Program-made: the position numbers and the translations under genes
Source of the DNA: Octopus sinensis
Lineage: Eukaryota
DNA length: 64,000 nt
Reading direction: 5' to 3'
NCBI RefSeq assembly: GCF_006345805.1
Contig: NC_043005.1
Location: 22,568,001-22,632,000 of the forward strand
Part shown: piece by piece, positions 48,245-61,350 of the stretch
How the letters are laid out: each line of letters opens with the position of its first letter
How positions within the stretch are numbered: position 1 is the first letter of the stretch
Notes under the pieces: generated by a model
Told to the model about the DNA's origin: nothing
Seen by the model: the letters and a program-made list of their open reading frames with translations, nothing else
The model's database searches: none

Positions 48245-50030
48245 GTAGGACAAAAGCCGCCTAGGAAAAAACCCCACTAGAACAAAAACCCCTCGGGCAA
48301 AGGCCAAAAGCCCCTCCGCCAAAATCCCCATAGTTAAAGTGTGAAAATCCCCTCGGTTATATTTTTCGGTTATTTTTTCGTTTTCTTCCCCCCTTGTTTC
48401 AGTCATTAGATTGTGGCCATGCTGGGGCACCGCCTTGAATTTTTAGTTACATGTATCGACCTCAGAATTTATTTTTCCTTTTTACTCGTTGCAGTTATTA
48501 GACTGCGGCCATGCTGGGGCACCACCTTGAAGAAGTTTTAGGCGACTGTATGGAACCCAGAATTTTTTTAAAGCCTAGTCAAAATCTCAGTGATATATTT
48601 CTTTCTTCTTTTTTTTTTCCTTTGTACTTCTTAAATAATTAGACTGCGAGAATGCTGAGGCACTGCTTGCAAGAATTCTTAGTCGAACGTATCGACACTA
48701 GAATTTTTTTTAGGTGATTTTCAACCAACGCATGAAGTTAAGCCTTGAAGGTTTCTCCACATGCTAGGAATAACAGCCAAATCTCTTGAATTTTTTTTTT
48801 ATAATTTCATATAAAAACGGTTGTAAAGATATATTTATTTTCCAAAATTTTAATTTTTAAGTAAGCAAAAATGTATTCAATCGAATATAAGTAGAATAAG
48901 TAGAATAAAATAACAGAACACAAAACTCTTTACTACTCAATGTACATATTGTCTGAATTCTAACAAAAGGGAAATAATTTACTTCAAAAAATGTGTAGAA
49001 ACATAGAAACGTTAAGAATGACGTTTGAATAACTAGCTTTCGGCGCCATAATTCTGTTAGACATTCAACGGCCATTCAGAAGGTCAGCTCACTCTCATTA
49101 ATCTCTAATGGCAGAGAGAAGAAAACAAAAGACTGCAAATTTAAATTTTAAAATACTGATTTTTCAGCGACTAAAAATTCTTCAGGGCAGTACCCCAGCA
49201 TGGCCACAGTCTAATGACTGAAACAAGTAAGAAAATTAAAAAAATCCTGGGATCGATATAATCGACTAAAAATTCCTCAAAGCCGTGCCCCAGCATGGCA
49301 GTAGCCCAATGACTGGAACAAGTAAAAACATTTTTAGAATATAAAAGAAAAAAAAAACGAAAAATAACCAAAAAATATAATTGGGGTGTTTTGTCTGCTT
49401 TTGCACTTTAACTAAGGGGTTTTGTCCGAGGGGCTTTTGTCAAAGGGGTTTTTGTCCGAGGGGCTTTTGTCCAAGGGGTTTTTGTCCGAGGAGCTTTTGT
49501 CCTAGTGAGGTTTTGTCCTACAGGGCTTTTGTCCGGATCCTAACAAATAAGTATAAATGTTATACAATTCTCAATCAAATTATTGATGAGTTGGTCTTTT
49601 TTTAACTTTTAGCAAATATTCTTCAAGGTGGTGCCCCAGCATGAAAAAATTAAAAATATCCGATACAGTTGACTAAAAATTCCGCAGTGTGATGACTGAG
49701 ACAAGTAAAACAAAGAAATTGGGTGTGGTGGGGGCGATACATTCGGCTAAAACTTCCTCAAGGCGGTGCCACAGCATGGCCACAGTCCAATGACTGAAGC
49801 AAACAAAAAACTTCTTTTAGAAAACATAGAAAACGAAAAATAACCAAAAAATATAACTGATCGGGTTTTGTTTGCTTTCTCACTTTAAGGGGGTTTTGTC
49901 AGGAGGGGGTTGTCCGAAGGGGTTTTCTCCTAGGTGGGGCTTTGTCCGGATCCCGACAAATACGTATAAATGTTATACAATTCTTATACAAATTATTGAT
50001 CAGTTGATCTTTTCTTAATTTTTAGCAAAT
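48245..50030. repeat. Fold-back DNA element with ~15-bp GGGGCTTTTGTCC repeats and captured SINE tails
   Basis: Left end 48256-48385 is inverted relative to 49345-49540; the right end is duplicated at 49815-49955; SINE family 2 tail fragments are in opposite orientation in the two halves. Confidence 0.65.
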
Positions 50031-50103
50031 GTATGTAACTATCGAACGAACAAAATTCAATAGCAATTGCAACTTAGGGTCTATATATATTCATATATAT
50101 ATA

Positions 50104-52110
50104 CTAGCAGTATAGCCCGGCATTTCCCGGGATTAAATTAGGATTACTAAGTGATCAAGCGCTTTATTTCAAACCAAAATAAGTGACACCGGCATCAAAT
50201 TTGAGCGAAATCTATTAAAATTGGTAAACGTTTGACTGAAAATGGGTTGCAGGCAATTTGATTGCAAAATCCCATAAGGAATCGGTTTATCGAGTATTTC
50301 CATCATCGATTGTTTTTTTTTTTTTTTTTTTTGAGAACTTAAAGCATTCAAAGATCCCATTAGTCCTAAGTAATGCTGGCATCAAGTTTCAGCAAAATAT
50401 GGCAAAATTGGTAAAAAAATTCTGGGATCGATATAATCAACAAAAAATTTCTCAAAGCCGTGCCCCAGCATGGCAGTAGCCCAATGATTGAAAATGGGGT
50501 GTAGCCAATTTTAGTGGGAAATCCTGTGAGGAATCGGTTTATCAATTTTTTATGATTGAATGGAAACCCCCAAATGAATGCCTGCCACCGATAGTGTTTG
50601 GTCTTGGTGGACATGGTGAAGCATGGTCTCACTGGGAACTGCGATCTGCGGAAGTTAAACGGCATGTCTGACCCCAAAGAATAAGGCTGCATCCTTGAAA
50701 TGAAAACATTTTCACCCCCTCCCGCACCCTGTAACAAAGATAACCTCAATCAAGTGGGGCATCAGGGACTTGATTACTTGATTACTTGTTTTTGGATTGC
50801 ATGTTGAAGCTGTAGAATCCCTGATACCTTTCAGTGACCGGTCCAGTGCCTCAAGGGCACTCTTATTGGTCATTGTGCATTCGTACCCTACAATGAGACG
50901 GCACTGTCTCAGAACTCCAGCTTCCTCTGAATTTTTGCCAATGTTGCAAGTAGGAACCTCGCGAGTGCGCCGTCCTATTTCCCGGCAATAACCTAGCAGC
51001 GATTCCCGAGGAGGCAACGGCTAGCGCAATTTGTTTCTCGCGACGAATCTTAGCAAGTATTAATTATGTTACAAAGGTACCTCAAGCAGTATCGAGGAAA
51101 AAAAAGCCGCCCGCCTGTTTTTCAACGGCACTGACGACAGTTTCATGCATCAACCTCTGATCAGGGAGCAATTTCGGTCCATTTACTCTCAGATACTCCG
51201 CAAGGCCATCAGCGTCATACGACAACTCCAAAAGTAACTTTGGTGGGAGTGTGTTAACGTCCTGTCGCAATGAGGATGGCAAACCGAATGTGTTCAACGG
51301 TGTCCCACCCATTTTGAGCAGGGCAGCCTCGATTTCAGTCAGCGCATTATTGTAGATCAGGTCATTGTATCCAATCTCAGAATTAGGGCACTGTTGCTTT
51401 GCCAGTCATCATTTGCCTTGACCACCAAGAAAGCAAAATTACATACAGAGAATTTCATAAACAGAAATGAATGGAAAAAAGGTTTTGGATTAAATTTTTA
51501 GATTAACACTTGCACGATTTTCACTAAGAAAAAGAATCGGAATTTTTTCGTGTGATCAACTACCCTGGCCTCCTAATATGCTACAAAACTCTTTTTGTGG
51601 TTCGAAAAACGGGGTGTGGTGTGGTGGAAGCCTCAGAAATCCACACACACCCCCCTTTGATCTTTTCACCATCTATTTTTCATTGTACGTGGAAAAATAC
51701 GGAGATTAAGAATAAGGAAAACATGTTTTCAATCTCAAATTTACCATAAAAAACTCTAGGCAAATTTTTAGATAACACTCGCACGATTTTCACTAAGAAA
51801 TCAAAACGGGGTGGTTGTGGTTTGGAGCATCACGACACTCCACAAACACCCCCCTTTGATCTTTCGCCCCATCACATATTTTTCATTGATACGTGGAAAA
51901 AATACGGAGATTAAGAATAGAGGAAAACATGTTTTCAATCTCAAATTTACCATAAAAAACTCTAGGCAAATTTTTAGATAACACTCGCACGATTTTCACT
52001 AAGAAAAACAAATCGGATTTTTTGAGTGGAATCAACTACCCTGCCTTCCTAATATGCTACAAAACCCTTTTTGTGGTTCGAAAAACGGGGTGGGATGTGG
52101 TGGAGCCGCG
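50104..52110 (-). mobile_element. Helitron with deleted PIF1 helicase
   Basis: FFFLD, IALAVASSGIAA, ECTMTNKSALEALDRSL, IFVTGCGRGENVFISR, PFNFRRSQFPVRPCFTM; 3' hairpin CCCGG/CCGGG (50116-50131) and CTAG (50104-50107); tandem repeats at 51488-52110. Confidence 0.85.
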
Positions 52111-53901
52111 GACATTTTACTCATTTGTATTGTGTAATTCACTGACAAATTGTTACCTACTTCTTTGTTTCTATGTTGTTAAATAAATGAATTCTCAACA
52201 AAACACTTCTTTCCTTGGCGTAAAATAAAAACAAAACTTTTTCGCGTCCAAAGTAATGTGTGTGTGAGGGAGAGGGGTGGGGAAAGATGAACGATTTAAA
52301 ATAAATAAATGATTTAAAATAAATATATTTTACTCTAGACCGATGATGGACAATGATCCTGAAACATGCGTGTCTCTAGATGCAGGCCTGGCTGTTGGGG
52401 GTGTTTGTCTCCCCTTCGTAAATGTATATAAGGACACAGGAAAAATGTGTCGAAGCCAGCAGGAAACGCCGATGCTTCCTAGGGCTAAACAGCGGTGGTG
52501 TAACCCCCTACTGTCACGTTCACGTTAGATTGACAGTATACAACCATTCTATATTTTAATTATTGTGTGAGAAAGTATATATAATCTGATTATAAAATAT
52601 AGTGTCTTTCAAAAACATCCTAAATTTGAATACTATTATTTCGTGTTTAAGAAAAACAAAACATTTTACATTTTTATTTTTGGTGAACGCTTTCACTTTC
52701 TTCCTCATACACACACATACATCAACACACAACTTCTCTCTCCCTCACACACACACACACACACACATCAACACAACTTCTCTCTCTCTCTCGCACACAC
52801 ACACACACTCACATTTTCTCTTCCCTATGTCAAGAAGGGACTTAATTCATGTTAGCAAACTTCAAAATTGGTAAAAGTTAAGGCTAAAAATCGATTTTTA
52901 CAAAAGATGGCTTTCCCCTGTTCCTGAAATAGTGGAGGGGACTTATCCCCTGGTACCCCGCTGAAACAAGGCCCTTGAGTACATAACTGGCACTCAACTT
53001 ACTTTATTAACCATAGAGAGACGAAAAGAATATTTAACTGTTGTAGGATTTGATCATAGACCATAGAGGTGGGAAACGCTCTAGGATAGATAGGATAAAC
53101 GAACGCCTCATTTTTGGTGTAATAATCACAATTTATAACTTAGCCACAAGTTCACAAATTTAAGGAAAGGAACAGTCGAAGATAAACTAATCTCCATTAT
53201 TAGACAGGTTAATCTACCTGAATGTGATGCAAACTCAATGTTAAAGAATTTACTTAAAAAACTCGATTGAAGAATTTGTGCGTCCAACACTTTACTAATT
53301 CTACCAACCTCCATCATCAAACTAAGTCTGAAATTTAGGGGAATGAGTCAATCATTTAGATCAACCCCAGTATTTGATTGTTTCTTTATTTTATCGACAT
53401 AGAAAGGATGAAAATCAAAATTAACCTCAGAACGTAAAGAGTCAGAACAAATACCACGAATCCTTTTTTTTTTCTCCGACGCTCTAACAATTCTACCAGG
53501 TCACCGCATGATTGATAATGGTTTCAAACGATGACGCAAGGTCGGCAATTTTCAAGATAGGGGTTAGTTCCAGTACTTGATTAATATCTAATATTAGGTA
53601 AAGAAAAAAGCCAGGAGAAATGTTGCTAACCATTTTTTTTATATCCGACATGCTGACGATTCTGCCAGCTCGCTACTATAAACAACAATAACAATAATAA
53701 TAATGATTTCTAATAGAAGCACAATATCTCGAATTTAGAGACAGCCTATAGTTAATAGTGATTAATGTTGTCAGTATAAGTTGAATGTTATTTAAGAGCA
53801 AAGTCAATACTGAAAATGATAGCATTCTGAATATATGAAGAGAATAACATGCAATAATGTTACAACATAAATATAGAAGTAGGATATAATAACTTCTCTA
53901 A

Positions 53902-54295
53902 TCTTTATATATAAAAGTGAAGTTGTGTGTCTGTCTCCTACGATTTAGATTCCTAACTACTCCCACATTTTGCGGTGCAGTGTAACCAATAGCGGGTATC
54001 TTATAGTTGTGATTCATATCGAGCCCTTCTGGGTATTAGCGCGCGTCTACGATGAGTCTACGATTTAAACAAAAAATTACCATAATTTTTTCCCATTTTT
54101 AATGCATTTTTTGCTATTATATAAGGGGGGTAACTCTCTAAAAATGCATTATTAAATCACAGAACGTAAAAAGCTACAGTAACGCCCCCCTTTGTGGTTA
54201 GCCATATTGAGATGGCTATTATACTTTACATCTCTAAAAATGCTTATATAGTTATTTCCCTTACAAACCCGAGCAACGCCGGGCAATACTGCTAG
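53902..54295 (+). mobile_element. Non-autonomous Helitron (394 bp)
   Basis: A|TCTTTATATATAAAAG start, CCCGAGCAACGCCGGG hairpin, CTAG|T end. Confidence 0.9.
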
Positions 54296-54691
54296 TGTTT
54301 AAATAAACCTTTGAACATTTTGGTAAAAAAATATATATTTGGCATTGAATATTCGAAGGTAGAGTAGTTGAATTAAGAGTTTTTGCCCTTAGATAAATGT
54401 TACTGACAATTTCTGTCCCATTTCTAACTGATTTTAAAGAATTCTTTAAATATTAATGAATCTTTAGAGTGCCAGTTTGCTGTCCTTCCCGTTCTATGTT
54501 CAAACTGCGCTGTAATAACTGTTTTTTTAAAATCCTTTCTAGAGTTACATTCCACACGCGCATAACTGTATTGCTTGTCTTCGTTCCTAGTTATAAATGT
54601 AGATTGATTTCAATATGCATACATGCATGTATGCATGCATGCATACATAATACATACATACATACATACATACATACATACATACATACAT

Positions 54692-54850
54692 AGCTGAAGA
54701 TCAGTGAAAAAGAGAACACCCACGCTGAACTATTGAGAATTCTGAAGTTACTCTATCCAGATTACAAGGTCATGTTTATACCTGTAATTATTGTTGGCCC
54801 TGTGATATGTACGAGAAATTAGGCTTCTCAAAACCAAAACTTTTTATCAT
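54692..54850 (+). mobile_element. Restriction-like endonuclease fragment of an R2/R4/NeSL-type LINE
   Basis: LKISEKENTHAELLRILKLLYPDYKVMFIPVIIVG resembles the RLE C-terminal K..EK...Y..L..P.I.G pattern. Confidence 0.45.
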
Positions 54851-55162
54851 CTCACTCCCTTTACAAAAACTGTAATTAAAAACTGGGGTTACCTCCCCGC
54901 TAAAAACTCGGGTTATTGCCCATATATAAAAGCCCTCGCTTTTCAAGTGAGCTTTATATGATTAATTTTTCTTGAGATTAATTTACATTTAAGACATTTT
55001 AAGAACTAATATAAATACTATCTTCTTCATATAAAACAAACATCGCAGTTTTAAATATTTGTTGTAGAGTTAAATCTTAATAAGTATTCTCTTTTTGAGA
55101 AAGCTTTTTCGAAGATAGTTCAGTCGGGAAGAGTCCTTTGGCAAACTCTCATACACACATTC

Positions 55163-55248
<86 letters not shown>

Positions 55249-55702
55249 TATATTAAATTAAAGATAAACCACTAATAGGCAAATCAAACAATGAAAAACT
55301 TAAGCCAATACATAAAATTAATTAATTTATATTATTTTAAATATATATCAAAAGTATTAAAAGATAATGAGTAAAACACTACGATCGTTTCATGGCTGTC
55401 CAATTCGTAATAATTCGAGTTATGGTTACAGTCAATCTTCAGGTAATTGAAATATTTATCTATGCTAAACCTCGCTAAGATAAATAGTTTAATTACCTGA
55501 AGATTGACTGTAACCATAACTCAAATTATTACGAATTGGACAGCCATGAAACGATCGTAGTGTTTTACTCATTATTTTTATTAAACTTTTAATACTTTTG
55601 ATATATATTTAAAATAACATAAATTAATTAATTTTATGTATTGGCTTAAGTTTTTCATTGTTTGATTTGCCTAATAGTGGTTTTATCTCTAATTTAATAT
55701 AA
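55249..55702. repeat. Near-perfect palindrome, ~210-bp arms, ~16-nt loop
   Basis: Arms 55249-55461 and 55478-55702 are reverse complements with few mismatches. Confidence 0.93.
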
Positions 55703-55785
55703 TATAATATTTTACTATAAAATTGGATTCAATCCTAAATCTGATTTTTTCCCTGTAAGTTTGGATTTATTCCCTAATATTTTAT

Positions 55786-55907
<122 letters not shown>

Positions 55908-55931
55908 AACTATATATATATATATTCAAGA

Positions 55932-55974
<43 letters not shown>

Positions 55975-55978
<4 letters not shown>

Positions 55979-58120
55979 TGTTGTGTCTGGGGAGAGTCAT
56001 TTTCGTTTTGTGCCTTATAATTTAACACACACACCGGTAAAATTTCCACTTATTTCTTATTTTTATTTTCCTAAAATTTTCGTTGCATCTTACAACCTTT
56101 TCAATACTCTTGACTCTGTCCATTATTTACACACACATACATACATATATCTACATAACAGTTCACTAACTATTCTACTCTACCTGTGTAAACTGTGAGT
56201 ATACTATGTATATTTCCTATTTAGTATTAGGCTATTTTGTATATGGGAATGTTGTGCAACATACTCCAACCTATAAAAAGGACGGCACACAATTTCCAAG
56301 CATCCAACAATGATATTCCTACACTATATGGGTTACGCAAAGACCACAAACCTTACTTAAATCGTGTCGCGGGGCCCCCAACCAGACCAGTTTGCGGAGC
56401 GAACATCTCCAGCAACTATAAACTGTCCTACTTCCTCTTACAGGTATTGTGACATCTCCGGATGTGTGTGAGTACGGAAGATCTCCTCAGTAAAAACAGT
56501 ATTTGTAACCACTCCAGCGACCTCGCAGGTTGTATAGTGGGTAGTATGGATGTAATATCACTCTACCCATCTATAGACATAGATTTTGCTGTGAAGAAAT
56601 GCATTCAAGTAATCTGTGAAAGTAAAGTGGAATAGAGAACTGGGCCTCCTCCTCAGACTATGCTATGACGGTAACTATTTAGATGACCATGACCTTAGTA
56701 GATTCTGCCCCACCAGGTCACAGAAGGGAAGACCACCCACCATCACTTCGGCAGTGAAGAAAAGCACCACATAGTAAAGTTTAACAAAAAACTATACTTG
56801 CAGGTTCAAGGTACAGTCATCGGTGTAGGTATAGCTGGAGATGTGGCTGGCTATTCATGATCTGATGGGACAGAAAATTTAAACAAATGTTAGCAGAACA
56901 GTCCACAACACTTCTACTCTACAGTAGATATGTAGATGGCATTAATATCATAGTTAGGACCAACTCTAGTGACGGTAATATAGAAATTGAGAAGAATGTA
57001 ATGGAGAGCATCCAGCAAATAGCTAACTCCATCCACCAAAGTATCAAGGTAACTATAGATTACCCCCACTAAGCACCCCAACAACAGACTCCCTGTACTT
57101 GATACTGAACTTTGGTTAAAGACTGTGAACAATAGAGTGCAGCTCCTTCACTTTTATTACATAAAACCCATAACTTCAAAATATGTTGTTCACAAGAACT
57201 CAGCTTTGTCACATAACATGAAAATTAACATACTGATAGCAGACATAGAATAATGAATAATGTGTCCCCACTATGCGAACCCTATGAAATGAAAAAACAT
57301 ATACAGAACTTCATGCACCGCATGCAGTTCTCTGGATATGATCAGAAAGATAGGGTTCGAGTATACAAGGGGGCTAGTAGGAAATTAGACAACATTATAC
57401 GTAATGATATCAGTGGTACCTGCCCTAGATATAGAAACATAGAATGGAATAGAATACAAAGAACTTGTGACAAAGCAAACAGGGCGAACACGTGATATAA
57501 AACCGACAAATATCAAGAAGTGATGTTTGTAGAGGCCACAGCCCACGGAGAACTAACCCGTAGATTTAGAAAAGCTCTGAAGGCGACCAAACTCAACATT
57601 AAGATTGTTGAAAAGCCAGGGAACTCCGTCAGATCACGACTATGTGTTGTTTCTTTGAGAATACCATATGCCCCAATGATAACTGCATGGTATGTAGGAT
57701 TAACCCTGGCATTAACTGTAGAACTCGAAATGTAATTTACAGCATAAGATGCATAGAAGGTGCTTGTAAAGAAATGAACATGACGTACATAGGGGAGACA
57801 TCTAGGAGCATTGCGGAACGAATGAATGAACATCTGAGACAATATGACGACAAAAAACAGTCCTCCATACTCTACCAACATGCCAAAGACCACCATGGAG
57901 GCAACTAGGGTCAACTTGACATCCGCATCTTATCCAAGCACCCAAAAGACCCAACACTCAGACAAATACGGGAGTACGTCCTTATGAATGAAACCTCCCC
58001 AATACTAAATAGGAAATATACATAGTAGATATAATACCTCCATACCCACAGTTTACACAGGTAGAGTAGAATAGTTAGTAGACTGTTATGTAGATAGATG
58101 TATGTATGTATGTGGGTGGG
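55975..58120 (+). mobile_element. Penelope-like element (Cys-rich linker, CCHH GIY-YIG) with 5' inverted pLTR
   Basis: PTLYGLRKDHK, GPPTRPVCG, SMDVISLYPSI, YSRYVDG, LPVLD, CPNDNCMVC, NVIYSIRC, TYIGETSRSIAERMNEH, QHAKDHH; ~56125-56232 is inverted relative to 58003-58110. Confidence 0.9.
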
Positions 58121-58414
58121 TGCGAGTGTGTGTGTATGCAGATGTATTTTTTGTATGTAAGCGTATGGATATGAAAATAAACAGATCAACATACAGACAG
58201 ATAGGTACACAGGGTATAAGAACAGACAAGCACACATACGCAAATGGAGACTGACACAAATGACCATATATACACACACATACTTTACTCCACATAAGGA
58301 CACATATATAAATAGGATTTGACTACACCTCCATTTAGATCACAGTTTAAGCTATCTTTTCGTGGAAGAAGGTTTATGTTCCTATAACCTGTGTTAATTC
58401 TGTAACCCTTTAAA

Positions 58415-59441
58415 ATGGAAGATAACAAAGTTCATTTTCGGCACTTGACGCTTTTCTTTTCCGTAAAGGGAAAAATGCTTCACAAGCAACCAAAGAAATA
58501 TGCGCAGTTTACGGTGATGTTTCTTTATCCGAAAGAACTGTACGGAAGTAGTTCGCAAGGTTCCGAGCTGGAGATTGTAGCCTTATTGATAAAGACGGAT
58601 CAGGCAGACCATCTACTACATGACCAAATCAAGTCATTAATTGAAAATAACCCACATTGCACAACTCAAGAATTGGCAGAAAGCCTCAACCTATCAAAAT
58701 CCGTCGTTCATGAGCACCTGGGTATATAAATCGCAACGATGTTTGGGTACCACATGAGTTGAATGAGAAAAACCTTTTGGATCGCATCTCCATCTGTGAT
58801 TCGCTTTATAAGCGGAATGAAAATGCACCTTTTTTAAAGCAAATTGTGACAGGTAATGAGAAATGGCTTATCTACCCAAAAGCGTGTCTTCACACTAAAA
58901 AAGTCTTGCTTTGTGTCTGGTGGGATTGGAAAGGAATTCTGTACTATGAGCTTCTCCCAAGTAACCACACAATTAATTCTGAGAAATACTGCACACAACT
59001 GGACGAGTTAAAAGCAGCAATTCAAGAGAAACGTCCAGAATTGGCCAACAGGAAGGGTGTTGTTTTCCAACATGATAATTGAAGACCGCACGTTTCTTTG
59101 GGAACCAGACAAAAATTGCTGCAACTCGGCTGCGATGTGTTACCCCAACCTCCATATTCACCAGATATTGCTCCTTCGGATTTATACTTATTCAGGTATC
59201 TGCAGAATAGTCTTAATGGTACAACTTTCAATTCTTTGGATGACGTAAAAAGATACCTTGATGAAATCTTTGTCATGAAACCTCCTCAATTCTGGGAAGA
59301 GGGTATTTTCAAGTTAAAGGAAAGATGGAAACGCATTGCGCAACAAAATGGTTCATATTTGGTTAATTAAAAATGTAATGGCAAGTATTTATTGAACTTT
59401 TTCTTTCCTTTAGAAATCGACACGAACTTTTCGGACAACCC
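58415..59441 (+). mobile_element. Mariner transposase pseudogene (mellifera-like), right TIR only
   Basis: MEDNKVHFRH.., WVPHEL, IVTGNEKW, HDN*RPH, PPYSPDIAPSD; TIR-like AAATCGACACGAACTTTTCGGACAACCC then TA; no left TIR found. Confidence 0.9.
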
Positions 59442-59773
59442 TATATATATATATATATATATACATATACACACAAAATGGGACAAGAACACAAAACATT
59501 CAAATAGACTATACAAAAAACACGGACGGGTCATTCGAAGCCTCTAATCTTCAGTCAAGAACCGGATCATCCTCCCAATTTCGGCTGATTAATCATGAGA
59601 TTGCTCCAATTTGGCCAGCCCCCAAGGAAAAACTAACCTACGAGCATTAGATTTCTTGGAAAAAGGATCGAATGTGTACGAAACAAGGACAGAAAAACGG
59701 GCGATGTTACACGAATATAAATACAAAAAAACAACAAAAAATAATACGAATATAAATACAAAAAACAACAATA

Positions 59774-60008
59774 ATACTTATTCCATTTGCCAACATTACA
59801 AAGAGGGTAGATATATAGACAGAGAGGTTATTTTCATTATTAAGAACATGGTAGTAGAAGGTCCTTCCCCATGGGTAGATTGTTTATCACTCATATAAAA
59901 AATCTGCCCATGGGGAAGGATCTTCTACTACCATGTTCTTAATGATGAAATTAACCTCTCTGCCTATATATCTACCCTCTTTGTAATGTTGGTAAATGGA
60001 ATAAGTAT
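59774..60008. repeat. Hairpin, ~108-bp arms, 19-nt loop
   Basis: 59774-59881 vs 59901-60008 are reverse complements with scattered mismatches. Confidence 0.92.
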
Positions 60009-60162
60009 AAAAATGTACATTGTCTATTTAATTAAAAAATTCTATATGTGGCTGAAGATTGCTCTACATTTTAAAACTGATGTAATATTTACATTGTTTA
60101 ATAAAATGAAGTAGTATGAAACGATTGTACTACACTACCTTGGAAATCCTTGTTGCTTATTT

Positions 60163-60227
<65 letters not shown>

Positions 60228-60231
60228 ATAT

Positions 60232-60504
60232 ATTCTTTTATTCTTTTACTGGTTTCAGTCATTTGATTGTGGCCATGCTGGGGTACCACCTTGAAGGATT
60301 TTAATCAAACAAATTGACCCCAGAACTTATTTCTTTTAAGTCTAGTACTTATTCTATCATTGTCATTTGCTGAACTGCTAAGTTACGAGAATGTAAACAC
60401 ACCAACACAGGTTGTTAAGCAGTGATGGGGAGACAAACACAGACACACAGAGATGCATTATATATATGTATGTACATATATTTATATATATATATATATA
60501 TAAA

Positions 60505-60587
<83 letters not shown>

Positions 60588-60720
60588 GATGTATATTCAG
60601 TTTCTGTCTACTTAATTCACTTACAAAGCAGCCCAAGGTAGTAGAAGATACCTGCTCAAAGTGCCACATAGTGAGACTGAAACTGGAACCATGTGAAACA
60701 AAAAACACCAGAAAGCTATT
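60232..60720 (-). mobile_element. SINE family 2, degenerate
   Basis: Tail GTTTCAGTCATTTGATTGTGGCCATGCTGG and head relic around a long (TA)n. Confidence 0.75.
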
Positions 60721-61065
60721 CAATGACACAGGGAAACAACCAACTCAGTTCACTGGACACCATATGAGAAAACAAAGTTTTGAGCACTTGGTGACAATTT
60801 GGAAACTGAAATAAATAAATCAGAGAAGCCAGAAGGACTTGAAAGCCTGGCCCAATAATGTGCTAGAAAGACTACCCCAATAACGTACTGTGCGTTAGAC
60901 ATAGAGGCAGGGAAGGCCAAGACTGTTAGAAGAAAGAGATTTAACCAAGTGTTTCTGGAAGGGACTTAAGGAATGAGTTTCGGCAATGCCTAATCAATTC
61001 TGAAAAGCATGGTTTCCACAAGTGTGAAAATATTTAATATAATGAAAAAATTATCATGAAGATAT

Positions 61066-61350
61066 CATCATCATCATCATCGTCGTTTAACGTCCGTTCT
61101 CCATGCTAGCATGGGTTGGACGGTTCGACCGGGGTTCTGGGAAGCCAGAAGGCTGCACCAGGCTCCAGTCTAATTTGGCAATGTTTCTACAGCTGGATGC
61201 CCTTCCTAACGCCAACCACTCCGTGAGTGTAGTGGGTGCTTTTTACGTGCCACCTGCACAGGTGCCAGGCGGGGCTGGCAACGGCCACGGTCAGATTGGT
61301 GTATTTTATGTGCCACCGGCACGGAACATAAAATACACCAATCTGACCGT
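61066..61350 (-). mobile_element. RTE-type retroposon 3' end with (GAT)n tail and terminal 25-bp inversion
   Basis: (CAT)n then CGTTTAACGTCCG..GCTAGCATGGGTTGGACG; perfect inverted repeat 61287-61311 / 61326-61350. Confidence 0.65.

Noticed and set aside
59525-59560. Minus-strand CTGAAGA..CGAATGA as a hammerhead
   Set aside because: Helix II does not pair and GAAA is absent.
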